Notes under the pieces: generated by a model
The model's input: the letters and a program-made list of their open reading frames with translations, nothing else
Database searches by the model: none
What the model was told of the DNA's origin: nothing
Shown: piece by piece, positions 1 to 10,398 of the stretch
How the letters are laid out: each line of letters opens with the position of its first letter
Numbering within the stretch: the first letter of the stretch is position 1
Position numbers and translations under genes: made by a program
Source: an uncultured virus (IMG/VR IMGVR_UViG_3300021256_003716)
Lineage: Duplodnaviria > Heunggongvirae > Uroviricota > Caudoviricetes
Virus record (IMG/VR): IMGVR_UViG_3300021256_003716
Length of the DNA: 64,000 nt
Strand: one strand, 5' to 3'

Positions 1-1
1 A

Positions 2-529
2 AGCGTAAAAGCTACTTATATAGAAAATGGACATATTAGAAAAACTTGTAATATATGTGGAAAAATATTGAATTCTACAAATAAAACCGGTTTTTGTCAT
101 ATATGCTTGCATAGTGATCCTATTGCAAAAGGCCTTTTGACTAAAAGTTTATCTGCAACACATAAAGGTAAATGTGGTGGTTACCGTAAAGGAAGCGGAC
201 GAGGAAAGAAAGGAACCTATAAAGGATATTATTGTGACTCAAGTTGGGAATTAGCTTATGTAATTTATAATTTAGATCATAATATAAAATTTGAAAGAAA
301 TGAAAAACTTTTCCCTTATGAGTTTAAGGGTGAACAACATAATTATAAGCCTGATTTTATTGAGAATGGCATTTATGTTGAAATAAAAGGGTATTTTACT
401 GAGCAAGTAAAAGCAAAAGAATTTGCTTTTCCATATCAGTTAAAATATATAGATAAAAACACTATAAAGCCATATCTTGAATATGTTGAACAAACATATG
501 GAAAAGATTTTACAAGGCTTTATGAATAA
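2..529 (+). CDS. Free-standing PD-(D/E)XK-type endonuclease with zinc-binding motifs (5' partial)
   Basis: Frame is open from the window start. CxxC motifs, then DSSWE...YKPDF...YVEIKG, typical of phage homing-endonuclease-like nucleases. Confidence 0.65.
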   Translation, partial: SVKATYIENGHIRKTCNICGKILNSTNKTGFCHICLHSDPIAKGLLTKSLSATHKGKCGGYRKGSGRGKKGTYKGYYCDSSWELAYVIYNLDHNIKFERNEKLFPYEFKGEQHNYKPDFIENGIYVEIKGYFTEQVKAKEFAFPYQLKYIDKNTIKPYLEYVEQTYGKDFTRLYE

Positions 530-532
530 TTT

Positions 533-581
533 GGAGACGTGGTTAAGCTTGGCTTAAGGTGTTCGACTCCTCTCGGTCCTA
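533..581 (+). pseudogene. Degenerate tRNA remnant
   Basis: D-loop-like AAGCTTGGCTTAA joined directly to GTTCGACTCC. No anticodon arm and poor acceptor pairing. Confidence 0.4.
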
Positions 582-584
582 TTT

Positions 585-749
585 ATGAGTAAAGTTTATC
601 AAGTAAAAGTAATCTATGAATTTGAAATGGAAATAGATGAAGATACTCTTAGCAAAGAACAGCTTAAAGAAGCTGCAAAAGAGCAATTTGATGAAAAACT
701 CATGAATATTGATGTAGATTCTGAAAGCTTTGAGTACATAGTCAACTAA
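585..749 (+). CDS. Small acidic hypothetical protein (54 aa)
   Basis: ATG..TAA ORF below the track cut-off (MSKVYQVKVIYEFEMEIDED...). Confidence 0.55.
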   Translation: MSKVYQVKVIYEFEMEIDEDTLSKEQLKEAAKEQFDEKLMNIDVDSESFEYIVN

Positions 750-779
750 TTTAAACCCTTGCTAAGGTTAAATTATATT

Positions 780-1058
780 ATGACAGTACAAGAGATATTT
801 GAAATAAAATTAAATTATTTAATTCAACTAACGCGAAATTATAAATCTTTCAGAATTCCTCTTTCATGGTGGGAGTATGCAGCTCCTACAAATAAAGATG
901 TAAAAGTAGGCAAAAATGGTATGCATGAATATGGTACATCTTTTACATTAGTAAGGTTAGATAAAGAATTTAATGATATTTATACAAAAAAATTAAAAGA
1001 AGCTAATATAAAATTTAGTAAATTATCTAATGGTATTTTATATGAATATCTACCATAA
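780..1058 (+). CDS. Hypothetical protein
   Basis: ORF track; ATG at 780 preferred. Confidence 0.6.
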   Translation: MTVQEIFEIKLNYLIQLTRNYKSFRIPLSWWEYAAPTNKDVKVGKNGMHEYGTSFTLVRLDKEFNDIYTKKLKEANIKFSKLSNGILYEYLP

Positions 1059-1062
1059 ATTT

Positions 1063-1135
1063 GCTAACTTAGCTCCAGTGGTAGAGCACATCCATGGTAA
1101 GGATGGGGTCATTGGTTCAAATCCAATAGTTAGCT
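1063..1135 (+). tRNA. tRNA-Thr(GGT)
   Basis: Acceptor GCTAACT/AGTTAGC, anticodon arm CATCC-ATGGTAA-GGATG, T loop TTCAAAT. Confidence 0.9.
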
Positions 1136-1137
1136 CT

Positions 1138-1299
1138 AAAATTAAATGCTGTAGTAAAAGACTTACTTAGTTTCTATCCATTTTTTAGAAATATAGCTTA
1201 GGGGTCTAGAGCGCTGCTAGTAAATAGCAGAGACCTGGGTTCGAATCCCAGTTTAGTGCGTAAGCACTGTTAGTTTTTTGCGAATTTTGCTTTAATTTT
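1138..1299 (+). ncRNA. Y-RNA (YrlA)-like repeat, copy 1
   Basis: TGCTGTA..TACTTAG...TTTTGC closing stem enclosing tRNA-like D, anticodon and T arms. Confidence 0.65.
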
Positions 1300-1381
1300 T
1301 TTAAGGAGAACATCTTTGAAAAAACTTCACATAAGGAAAAATACAGTCTTTTAAGTGAATTAATTCACTAAGGAGATTGTA

Positions 1382-2320
1382 ATGAGTAGAAGTTACAAAA
1401 AACACGGCGGATTTGCAATCTGTTCTTCTAATTCTGATAAGGAAGACAGAACATTGTATCATCGCGCTTTTAGAAGAAAAATAAAAGCTCTTCTTCATGA
1501 AATTTCTCTTATGGATATTAAGAGAGATTTATCTGATTCTATTGGAATGTCAGACTCAGAATTTTCTGATATTTGTATTCTTTGTAAAGTAACAAATTCT
1601 GCAAATGAAGATTTTGATTATGATGATTCAAAAGATTACTGGGTAGAATCTGATGAGCCTTATGTATCTTATCACAAATGTGTAAATCATAAATGCTACT
1701 CAATTGAGCCAAATTCAGCAATAGATAAAATTATAACTAAAGGAATTGATTATAGTTTACCAATGGCTGATAAATGGTCTTGGGGATCAGATGGTGGAAC
1801 ACGCTGGAGAGAAGATCTTTTAACAATCAGAAAAGATTTCGATACTGAAGTTTTTGCAGTTACAAATAATCGTTTTAGGCATCATACAATCTGGGATGAT
1901 TATATTTATAATAAAGAAAGATATTCAAATAAAAATCATCCATCATGGATTGTTACTTTAGCATATAAGGTAGTAAAACCTGATTTTGTTCCTTGTTGGT
2001 CACCAACTGGGCATTTATACGGTATGGATTATAAATGGACTTATACTTGGGATGAAAAATGTATAAAGATTCCATATAAGAAATACATAAAAGTATCAGA
2101 TTTACCAAATGATGGATGGGATCATGTTGTTAGACTACGCCATGTAGATAATATCGAGAATAGTTATTATTGTCGCTATGGTGGTGGTTATATTTCTTTC
2201 TTATTTAAGAATGGCGTTATTCCTCAGAACTTTACAAATCCTGATGATTTGATAAGTTGGTTGAGAAAGAATGAAGAAAGAATTGTTCGCCTTTGGTATA
2301 AACGAACATTTGGAAAATAA
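1382..2320 (+). CDS. Hypothetical protein with basic N-terminus
   Basis: 312 aa ORF with AGGAG RBS. Confidence 0.75.
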   Translation: MSRSYKKHGGFAICSSNSDKEDRTLYHRAFRRKIKALLHEISLMDIKRDLSDSIGMSDSEFSDICILCKVTNSANEDFDYDDSKDYWVESDEPYVSYHKCVNHKCYSIEPNSAIDKIITKGIDYSLPMADKWSWGSDGGTRWREDLLTIRKDFDTEVFAVTNNRFRHHTIWDDYIYNKERYSNKNHPSWIVTLAYKVVKPDFVPCWSPTGHLYGMDYKWTYTWDEKCIKIPYKKYIKVSDLPNDGWDHVVRLRHVDNIENSYYCRYGGGYISFLFKNGVIPQNFTNPDDLISWLRKNEERIVRLWYKRTFGK

Positions 2321-2362
2321 AATTTGTACTTTTGAAAGATAAAGTACATATTATAAAAGTAA

Positions 2363-2440
2363 TAAGTGCTGTAATATAAGATTTACTTAGAAAATTGGGT
2401 TATTTTTATAAAAAGAGTCTTATATGATTTTTGCCTTAAG
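2363..2440 (+). ncRNA. Y-RNA-like repeat, copy 2 (minimal)
   Basis: TGCTGTA-ATATAAGATT-TACTTAG..AGTCTTATAT-GATTTTTGC. Confidence 0.6.
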
Positions 2441-2494
2441 TTTTTTAGGCTTTGAATGCCTAAAAAACATATTATAAATGTGAATATAAATTAT

Positions 2495-2619
2495 GCGGGG
2501 CGCTACCTAGAGAATTAAGTGGACGGCAATCTTCTTATAGTATCAAACAATGGCTGGTAGGGTAAAAAATCTGAGTTGCCGCTTGGAAAATGTGAGTGGG
2601 TTCGATTCCCACCCCCCGA
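2495..2619 (+). ncRNA. tRNA-like RNA with expanded anticodon region
   Basis: CGGGG/CCCCG ends, T arm GTGGG-TTCGATT-CCCAC, and a CGGCAA/TTGCCG stem enclosing about 45 nt. Confidence 0.45.
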
Positions 2620-2694
2620 ATATATTAAAAATGTTAATATATAAATATAACAGATTACAAAGGTTTTAGAGGTTCAATTCCTCAGTAATCTATT

Positions 2695-3570
2695 GAGCCT
2701 TCGGGTTCAAACGGCTGGTTTCTGGTCGTTAAGATAAACCACGAATTCATAAGTGGCGAAAGTCATATTCGTAAAGGTATGGCGGTGGTTTTCCACTCTA
2801 TAAGAAAACAATATGTTCAAGGCGTAGTCGGCGTAATTCGATGGTGGTAATCACTGAGAATATAGACGCGTCGCGCGGGAGACAGACGCGCTTAGGCCAA
2901 GCTCCAAAGGCAAGGTTGAAAAAGATTGTGAGTAGAAAGCTTACAAATGAACGTATTTATCATCTAGGAAGAACGTGCAAAATTCTGATGGAGATGATAA
3001 CGAACTGTGTTGACGCTTAAGTGAAAATAAGAGATGTCGACTTAAGTAGATCTAGTAGTTTAGCAGACGAATGAAGAGAGGCGATTCACCTAAAGTACTC
3101 AAAAGGTACCATGGTGTTAAGTTCAACCTCGTCCCTCAAGGGTATGTGACCGAAGCAAATATTAGAAAATTAGCTCATCTGGATAGAGCACTCGCCTATT
3201 AAGCAAGATGTAGCTGGTTCAAGTCCAGCATTTTCTGCCAATATAAAGATATTATATAGCAAAAGTGTTGCGCACAATGAGATGAAAATAGCGTTATTCA
3301 ACTGTAATATGTTGATTTGGTGAGTACCGCAAGGAAAGTCAAGAAGGAGGGCGAAAGCCCATATCAAAGTAATCAACTGGTAAGAGCCTGCAAGCTCTGT
3401 ACTCCGCAAGAGGCTAGGGATGAAACGAGAACTTATAAGTCTTATTGTAGTGGGTAGATAACACCCTTAAGTTATTCGCTATGTGTTTTACTCTTAGAAA
3501 TAAGAGTGTGGTTAAGTTGGGAAACTGATGAGGATAAACACATTATAGGTCAATAAATCTCAGCCTATAA
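2695..3570 (+). ncRNA. GOLLD-like large ornate RNA
   Basis: About 870 nt without a convincing ORF, GC-richer, many GNRA/UUCG hairpins, ends in AATCTCAGCCT and contains an embedded tRNA. Family call is from recalled motifs. Confidence 0.55.
3164..3240 (+). tRNA. tRNA-Asn(ATT) embedded in the GOLLD-like RNA
   Basis: AGAAAAT/ATTTTCT, loop CTATTAA, encoded CCA. Confidence 0.75.
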
Positions 3571-3578
3571 ACCTTTCA

Positions 3579-3634
3579 ATTGCAATAGTTTAACTGGAAA
3601 AACAAATTATGTAGGTTCAAATCCTACTTGCAAA
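3579..3634 (+). ncRNA. Anticodon-less tRNA-like RNA
   Basis: TTGCAA/TTGCAA acceptor, D arm, 7-nt linker, T arm GTAGG-TTCAAAT-CCTAC. Confidence 0.55.
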
Positions 3635-3789
3635 AAATTGTATTGCTTGATCGTTCGAGTTCGTTTAAGCTTAAATGTGAGGACCGACGGAGATAATATT
3701 TTAATTTGTAGCTGTAGTGAGGGACGGCCTCAACAGCATGGTATGTAAAAAAATATTTGAGACGCCCACAGATACAAGGTTTTAGTTAT

Positions 3790-3816
3790 AAGCTCTCTTT
3801 GGTCGAGAGCTTTTTT
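3790..3816 (+). terminator. Intrinsic terminator
   Basis: AAGCTCTC-loop-GAGAGCTT followed by a T tract. Confidence 0.7.
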
Positions 3817-3840
3817 ATTTTTAAAATTGGAGATATTATA

Positions 3841-4257
3841 TTGATTTATTTTATATCTGGAAGTAGCAAAATTAAAAAGTTAACAGCCCAAATGACAGAT
3901 TGCCTTGATAAAATTATAGAAGATGAGTCAGCTGAGGTAATTGTTGGTGATTGTTATGGCGTAGATATTCTAGCGCAAAAGTACCTAAAAGCTCATGGAT
4001 TTGAAAAAGTAACAGTATACTGCTCAACGCCAACTCCAAAAAGAACAGAATACACTAAGTTTGTTTCTACTTGGGATAAAGCTCAGGGTTTAGAAGGTGA
4101 GGATTTTTATCAAGTAAAAGATAAAGAAATGTGTAATTTATGTGATATAGCAATCGCATTTTGGAATGGTGTCAGCTATGGTGTAAAATGTAATATTGAC
4201 CGTATAAAAGCCATGAATAAACCAATACAAGTTATACTAAGTGATGCAAGTTTATAA
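3841..4257 (+). CDS. SLOG-superfamily protein
   Basis: FISGSS...VIVGDCYGVD...IAFWNGVSYG. TTG start after GGAG. Confidence 0.65.
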   Translation: MIYFISGSSKIKKLTAQMTDCLDKIIEDESAEVIVGDCYGVDILAQKYLKAHGFEKVTVYCSTPTPKRTEYTKFVSTWDKAQGLEGEDFYQVKDKEMCNLCDIAIAFWNGVSYGVKCNIDRIKAMNKPIQVILSDASL

Positions 4258-4338
4258 CTATATAGAGGATAATCTTAGGATTATCCTTTTTTATTTACAT
4301 ATAATAATAAACAAAATATTATAAGGAGCATATTTAAT

Positions 4339-5646
4339 ATGTGGGAAATTAATGGAAAGAGAACATCTGATGAAAAAGAAGTAATGAAGGCCTTTGGTTT
4401 GAAATATCCTCCAATGGTTAAATCTCTTTTAGATACTGATTTGTATAAATTTACAATGCTGCAGGTCTATGTGCATCAGTGGAGCTCTGATCACGCAACA
4501 TGGGACTTTAAAGCTCGTAATGTTGGTGAAGGTACAGCTCATGAAAAATATACTGCGGAAGACCGTGAAGAAATTCAGAGACAGGCTAACGCATATTGCG
4601 CGCTTCGTTTTGAAGGTGAAGAACTTGATTGGCTTTCAGACTCAGTAAAGCGTCCTTGGATTCACCATAATTTCTGTGAATATCTTGAAGATTGGACGCC
4701 AAAAGCTAAACATATTACAATTGGAGATGATCCAAAAACAGGTTTGTCAATTCATACTGCAGCAACACAGCCTAAGTGTTCTCCTTATGAAATTCCTGTT
4801 CTTGAAATTTCCGCTGAAGTTTACTATCGTAATCATTATGATTATGAAGAAATGGCAAGAATTTTTAAGGAAAAAACACTTGCAAAAATTGAAGCAATTA
4901 AGCAGGGCATTTACAGACCTGGTGTTTTTTCTGAATTTGGAGCACGTCGTCGTGTAAGCTATGAGCTTCAGGATTGGCTTGTTAAAGAACTTGCTAATGC
5001 AATGAAAGATGAAAACTTTAGAAAGAATTGTACATTTGTTGGAACTTCAAATGTTCATTTGGCAAAGAAATATGATTTGACAGCGGTGGGCACTATGGCT
5101 CATGAGTTCATTATGTCTGTTGGCCAGGGACATCAGTACTATAATCCCGCTTATTCTAACTGGTATGCGCTTGACAGTTGGATTAAAGAATATGGTACAA
5201 TGAATGGTATCGCTCTTACAGATACTATTGGTACTGACGTATTCCTTCGTGATTTTAAGACCACTTTTGCAACTGTATTTAAAGGCGTTCGTCACGATTC
5301 GGGTGATCCTTACGCTTGGGGTGAAAAGATGATTGCCCACTATAAGAGCCTTGGAATTAATCCTGCAGAAAAAACTCTTATGTTCAGTGATGGCCTTAAT
5401 CTTCAGAAAGCAACAGAGCTTAATGATTATTTTAAGGATAAGATTCACGTTGCATTTGGTATTGGTACTGATTGGTCAGGTCCACAGAATATTGAGCCAC
5501 TTAATATTGTATGTAAAGTTGCAATTGTAAATGGTCTTGATGTTGCAAAACTTTCTGATGCCCCTGGAAAAAATATGTGTCGTAACCCAGCTGCTATTGA
5601 TCATCTTAAGAATGAGATTAGTTGGCGTATGGCTACAGATAAGTAA
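4339..5646 (+). CDS. pncB: Nicotinate phosphoribosyltransferase
   Basis: SLLDTDLYKFTM, SEFGARRR, GTSNV, GTMAHE, GVRHDSGD, FGIGT, KLSDAPGK. Confidence 0.95.
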   Translation: MWEINGKRTSDEKEVMKAFGLKYPPMVKSLLDTDLYKFTMLQVYVHQWSSDHATWDFKARNVGEGTAHEKYTAEDREEIQRQANAYCALRFEGEELDWLSDSVKRPWIHHNFCEYLEDWTPKAKHITIGDDPKTGLSIHTAATQPKCSPYEIPVLEISAEVYYRNHYDYEEMARIFKEKTLAKIEAIKQGIYRPGVFSEFGARRRVSYELQDWLVKELANAMKDENFRKNCTFVGTSNVHLAKKYDLTAVGTMAHEFIMSVGQGHQYYNPAYSNWYALDSWIKEYGTMNGIALTDTIGTDVFLRDFKTTFATVFKGVRHDSGDPYAWGEKMIAHYKSLGINPAEKTLMFSDGLNLQKATELNDYFKDKIHVAFGIGTDWSGPQNIEPLNIVCKVAIVNGLDVAKLSDAPGKNMCRNPAAIDHLKNEISWRMATDK

Positions 5647-5736
5647 GATAAGTTTTAAGTAACTTAAAAGGCGTCCTATTTTTTGGACGCCTTTATTTTT
5701 TCTATACTTAGCTTTTATAAAAAACATATTATAAAT

Positions 5737-6366
5737 ATGAGTTGCTATATTTATCCAGCGTATCTTTATAAGGATAACGCTACAATTGAAGACGTATCTA
5801 ATCTCCTAAAGGAACTTTTTGATATTAAACAAAAGTTTTTAGGTTATATGGTTGAAGCTTTTAAGAAAGATTGTATCTTAAAGCATGAGCTAGATGATCT
5901 TTACCCTGATGTAAAAACAGCTTTTAATAAAATATGGGAATGCCATAACCATGAGTTGATTGAAAATATTAAAAAAGATACTGCTAGCTGCATGCGTGGT
6001 TGTATTTTTGATTTTCAATGTAATGTAACAGTTTATTTTGCAGATAATAAAATTGTACTTCAAGGATTTTGCAGCTCAAATACAAAAGATTTTTTTAAGA
6101 AAAATTTTAAGTATAAAGATTATTCTTATTATGATATTTACGCAGCAGGTGGTAGAGTAAGCAAAAAGAAAGCTGCCGATTTTGCAGAAAGACAGGAATT
6201 TTATTTTGATAAGGTTTTTGAAAAATCAGGTATTCCGGCAGATGCTGGATTTACCTATGATTTCTATAGTGATGACCTTTTATATGATCTTGAAGATGAA
6301 CTTTTAGATGAGAAGTTTGGTAAAGATTGGGATTTGGAATTGCGTAAAGCAAAATATAATAAATAA
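5737..6366 (+). CDS. Hypothetical protein
   Basis: ORF track; ATG directly after the ACATATTATA box. Confidence 0.7.
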   Translation: MSCYIYPAYLYKDNATIEDVSNLLKELFDIKQKFLGYMVEAFKKDCILKHELDDLYPDVKTAFNKIWECHNHELIENIKKDTASCMRGCIFDFQCNVTVYFADNKIVLQGFCSSNTKDFFKKNFKYKDYSYYDIYAAGGRVSKKKAADFAERQEFYFDKVFEKSGIPADAGFTYDFYSDDLLYDLEDELLDEKFGKDWDLELRKAKYNK

Positions 6367-6379
6367 GTGAGGTAAGTTT

Positions 6380-6874
6380 ATGGAAGACAAAGAAAAACTT
6401 AAAAAAATTATTGAAATGATTAGTGCTGCTAATAGCGGTAAGCAACTTGAACAGCGTTATAAGGGTGATAGAAAATTTTTTAAAAGAAAAGTTTACGAAA
6501 TGACTTTTGATAGCTTTTATAGAGACATCTATAAAGTTTCTGAATTTAAAGAAAATATTCCTAAGCTTACTGAAGCTGAATATTTTTTTGTAATTGATGT
6601 CTTAAATTGGGTTAAAAATCATAATTTAGGCTATGAAGCTGGCGGTCGTAGTGGTGATATCGATAGCATTGTAAAAAAACTTAGAAATAGAAATATCAGT
6701 GAAGAAAAAGGTAAATATTCAAAATTACTTAAAGTTCTTCGTGGTATGAAACAGGGTAAGCAGTATGAATATAAAGATTTGAGTGGCTGGTCACCTGTGA
6801 CATTGAGCATGAATATCTACCCATTAAATGAGTTAGTTAAAGAGGGTAAAGTTAGAGAGAAAAAAGGAAACTAA
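6380..6874 (+). CDS. Hypothetical protein
   Basis: ORF track, GAGG RBS. Confidence 0.7.
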   Translation: MEDKEKLKKIIEMISAANSGKQLEQRYKGDRKFFKRKVYEMTFDSFYRDIYKVSEFKENIPKLTEAEYFFVIDVLNWVKNHNLGYEAGGRSGDIDSIVKKLRNRNISEEKGKYSKLLKVLRGMKQGKQYEYKDLSGWSPVTLSMNIYPLNELVKEGKVREKKGN

Positions 6875-6875
6875 G

Positions 6876-7310
6876 ATGAATAGTAAAATGGATGATTTAG
6901 CTTGGGAAATCTCAAGAAAAAAAACAGAATTGGAAAAGCTAGAAAAAGAGCTCCATACTCTGCAACGAAATACAGTTTTTGATAATTTAAAAAAAGACCA
7001 TTATTACTCTCTTTCTACTGATAAATCTTGGTATTCCACTAATACTACGTATTATTTTAAGTATGATGGTAATAATGTTTCAATTGAAAATAATGTGGGA
7101 GAATATTTATATATTAATGGGCCTTATATTGAAAAGTATTCTTTTAGTAGAAAAGAATCTGAGGAATATTATAAAACTATAGAACAATATAAATTTTGTT
7201 CTGACCTAGAGCATTATTTGAGTGATAGAGAAGTTTATATTAATGAACTTTCTGATGAAGACCTTAAAGAACTTAAAAAAGCTCTTAGGGCATTAGTAAA
7301 TCATTTTTAG
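6876..7310 (+). CDS. Hypothetical protein
   Basis: ORF track, tightly packed. Confidence 0.7.
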   Translation: MNSKMDDLAWEISRKKTELEKLEKELHTLQRNTVFDNLKKDHYYSLSTDKSWYSTNTTYYFKYDGNNVSIENNVGEYLYINGPYIEKYSFSRKESEEYYKTIEQYKFCSDLEHYLSDREVYINELSDEDLKELKKALRALVNHF

Positions 7311-7320
7311 GAATTAAATT

Positions 7321-7854
7321 ATGCAAAAACTTTTTAAGAAAATATTTGACTTGGACTTAAATAAAGTTGAAGAGTTTATCAAGAAAGATGTATTAGATAG
7401 TTACACACAATATGAGTCGCCTCTTCCAAGAGAATGTTTTAATATAGATATCAATTGGTATCCAACTTGTAATGAAATTTATGTTCATCTTGAGCCTATT
7501 TTGGACCATAATAAAAAATGGACAAAATATTATTTTCAAGGAAAAGAAATTTCACTTAAAGAGTATTTTGAAATTCATTTTAGTCATTGGCATTACACTT
7601 TCCAGGAAATTTATGGTATGATGACCGGAGAAACTGTTTATGTTGAGCCAATTGGTCTAATAGACGATGAAGAAAAAGATAAAAAAGCTTACGACTTTAT
7701 GTATAAAGGTAAACATGTTGAAATCTATATTTATAATGATGGTCATGCTAAACTTGTAGAATATGATTATGAAAAAGATAGAGATATTCTTAAAGAAGTC
7801 CCTGAAGATTTAATGAGAGAAATTGTTAGTCTTAAGGACGAGTTAGGAGATTAA
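7321..7854 (+). CDS. Hypothetical protein
   Basis: ORF track. Confidence 0.7.
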   Translation: MQKLFKKIFDLDLNKVEEFIKKDVLDSYTQYESPLPRECFNIDINWYPTCNEIYVHLEPILDHNKKWTKYYFQGKEISLKEYFEIHFSHWHYTFQEIYGMMTGETVYVEPIGLIDDEEKDKKAYDFMYKGKHVEIYIYNDGHAKLVEYDYEKDRDILKEVPEDLMREIVSLKDELGD

Positions 7855-7858
7855 AATT

Positions 7859-8482
7859 ATGAATACTGTAAATAATTATAATGATAATATTCGGGTAAAG
7901 CTTTTAAAAAAATATAAAATTGATTGTAAAGACCTGGATACTATTGGGTCCTGGATTCCTGAATTAGAGCAAATATTTAATACTTATGAGTCTGCCATGA
8001 AAAAGATGCAGCATAAAGAGGCTCTTAATAAAAAATATATTGAATTGCATCATAAATGGTGGAAAAATCATGGATTTATGCATCTTTTATTTATAGCATT
8101 CTTCTTTGGTTTTGGTTTTTTTGGCTCTGGAATCGCTTTATGGAATTTGCCAATTTTTGCTTTAAGTATGATTTTCTTTATAGCAGATTATATTTTTTTA
8201 AAAATTAAAAATTATATTCCAAAAAAATATCAGTATACAGATCAAGATTTAGTTAAGTATTCAGATATAACAGATGAAGGTGCTTTTGTAGGGCATTTAT
8301 TAGTTTATTTTAAGGAAAAACTTAAAAGTGGTACTTACTTAAAGTATTATGAAAAAGCTTATGATGTTTTAAATGCTATTGCTAAGGAAAGAAATATAAC
8401 TATTGAAGAACTTGTTAAAAAATATTTAAAAAATAAAGAAGATTCAGTAGAATTAACTACAAAAGCTAAAGTTGAAAATTAA
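7859..8482 (+). CDS. Hypothetical membrane protein
   Basis: Two hydrophobic segments. Confidence 0.7.
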   Translation: MNTVNNYNDNIRVKLLKKYKIDCKDLDTIGSWIPELEQIFNTYESAMKKMQHKEALNKKYIELHHKWWKNHGFMHLLFIAFFFGFGFFGSGIALWNLPIFALSMIFFIADYIFLKIKNYIPKKYQYTDQDLVKYSDITDEGAFVGHLLVYFKEKLKSGTYLKYYEKAYDVLNAIAKERNITIEELVKKYLKNKEDSVELTTKAKVEN

Positions 8483-8494
8483 TGGAGAATTAAA

Positions 8495-9118
8495 ATGAAA
8501 CGTTATATCTCAGACCAGCATTTTGGTGGAGAAGAATGCATAACCAATTTTGATAAGCGACAATTTTCTGATGTATCAGAGATGAATAAGTACATGATTA
8601 AGCAATGGAATGATACTATCCAAAGTGGTGATTTAGTAATTGTTCTTGGTGATATGTTCTCTACAAAAGATGTTAAGAAAATAAATGGTATTCTAAATCG
8701 CTTAAATGGTAAGTTTGCTCTTATTGAGGGAAATCATGATTGTGAATGGCTTAAGCTTGAAGGTGTAAATCTTAGTCGTTTCGAATGGATTAAGCCTTAT
8801 GCAGAATTAAATGATGGTAAAAAAACAATTATTGCTAGCCATTATCCTATTTTCTGTTATAATCATCAGCATCAGAAGGATTCAAGTGGCCAGCCTAGAG
8901 CATATATGCTTTATGGGCATGTACATAATAGTGAAGAGTCATCTTTAGTAACAAAATTACAAGAGATTGTAAGAAATACCATTACTACAAATAAGCATGG
9001 AGAAACTATTCCAATTCCAAGTCAGATGATTAACTGTTTTTGTATGAGGAGCGATTATAAGCCGCTTACTCTTAATGAGTGGGTTGAAATAGAAAAACAG
9101 AATGACAGATGGTATTAA
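8495..9118 (+). CDS. Calcineurin-like metallophosphoesterase
   Basis: SDQH, LGD, GNHD, SHYP and GHVH motifs. Confidence 0.9.
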   Translation: MKRYISDQHFGGEECITNFDKRQFSDVSEMNKYMIKQWNDTIQSGDLVIVLGDMFSTKDVKKINGILNRLNGKFALIEGNHDCEWLKLEGVNLSRFEWIKPYAELNDGKKTIIASHYPIFCYNHQHQKDSSGQPRAYMLYGHVHNSEESSLVTKLQEIVRNTITTNKHGETIPIPSQMINCFCMRSDYKPLTLNEWVEIEKQNDRWY

Positions 9119-9187
9119 GTTTAATATAAAATTAAGAGTTCAGGTTTCTAACCTGAACTTTTTTATTTTTAAGTGCTAATTTTCATT

Positions 9188-10396
9188 ATGAAGATAGTCT
9201 TTTCGAAACTACATACCTATTCAGGTATGCTAACGTATAGTTTTAATAGAGGCATTCTTACTCATAGAATTAAAAATGAGATTGCATTAAGAGATGGAAT
9301 TCATATTAATGAAGATGAGTGTGAAGACCTTGATGACATCAGGTTATCTGGAACTGAATTAGGCGGAGTACAGCCAGACGCTGATGAGATTGTAGTTGGT
9401 TCTTACAAAGTTGAAAGGCGATTTAAGAAAGGTATTAACCTGTCTGAACTTGCTGAAGAACTTAGTAAAGTCTCTAATACTCCTGATAAGCCTCTCACAG
9501 TTAAAGTACTACCAGCCGGAAGCTTATGGACAAAGGCTGAATTAAGCGAATTAAATAGTATTATAAATAATGCTAAAGTATATATTGATTTAACACCAAC
9601 AAATCTTAATCATGAATTTGACCAAGAATTACTTGATGAACTTTGTGAGGAAGAACTTAATTTCTGGGGAGAACAAGACTGGGTATTATCCGAAACTAAT
9701 ACCTATGATGATATTGACCTTAGCGAATCATCTACTTATACTGAACTTTGCTTAATTGAAAATGATGAGGGTCTTACCGAAATAGATTCTAATAGTAGAA
9801 ACTTATTAAAGCCTTTTAGTGGTGTATTCTCAGGTAATAAATATATTACTGGTATTACTTTCCCTTCTAATGATAACTTCTCAGTAGGTGGAGTATTTGC
9901 AGGATGTACTAATCTAAAACATGTTCATTTTTCTGATGAAACCCTTTATAAAGTTACTGTTATAGGCGTTAATGATACCGCTAAATATTATCTCTACGAA
10001 GGTCAAGAAGGCTTCTTACGAAAGCAAGATGAATGGATTAATATTCTAGATTCTGAAGAAGAGTTTATTGATAAACTTGTTACTAAAGCTGCAGCAATAT
10101 CTTATTATTATTACTGGCCAGATTGTACTGACCATCCAATATTATTCTGGACTAAAGGACAAGGACCAGAAGGCGCATTAAATATGCCAGATGGTAATGA
10201 ATTTGATTTTGTTGGTACGAAAAATTTACAGGGTATGTCAGTAATGGCTTTACCAAAAAATACTATAGTTAATAATGTAATACTAACATCGCCTAATAAT
10301 GAAGAAGTTACACCAGCTGTTGCAGTAGACTATGATAGTGATATTGTAGAAGCTAAAGATGGCGTTATCTATTTAGACGGACTAGATGAGGAATAA
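9188..10396 (+). CDS. Acidic hypothetical protein with a BspA/LRR-like segment, possibly virion-associated
   Basis: ITFP...VFAGCTNLKHVHF. ATG follows the CTAATT motif. Confidence 0.55.
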   Translation: MKIVFSKLHTYSGMLTYSFNRGILTHRIKNEIALRDGIHINEDECEDLDDIRLSGTELGGVQPDADEIVVGSYKVERRFKKGINLSELAEELSKVSNTPDKPLTVKVLPAGSLWTKAELSELNSIINNAKVYIDLTPTNLNHEFDQELLDELCEEELNFWGEQDWVLSETNTYDDIDLSESSTYTELCLIENDEGLTEIDSNSRNLLKPFSGVFSGNKYITGITFPSNDNFSVGGVFAGCTNLKHVHFSDETLYKVTVIGVNDTAKYYLYEGQEGFLRKQDEWINILDSEEEFIDKLVTKAAAISYYYYWPDCTDHPILFWTKGQGPEGALNMPDGNEFDFVGTKNLQGMSVMALPKNTIVNNVILTSPNNEEVTPAVAVDYDSDIVEAKDGVIYLDGLDEE

Positions 10397-10398
10397 TT

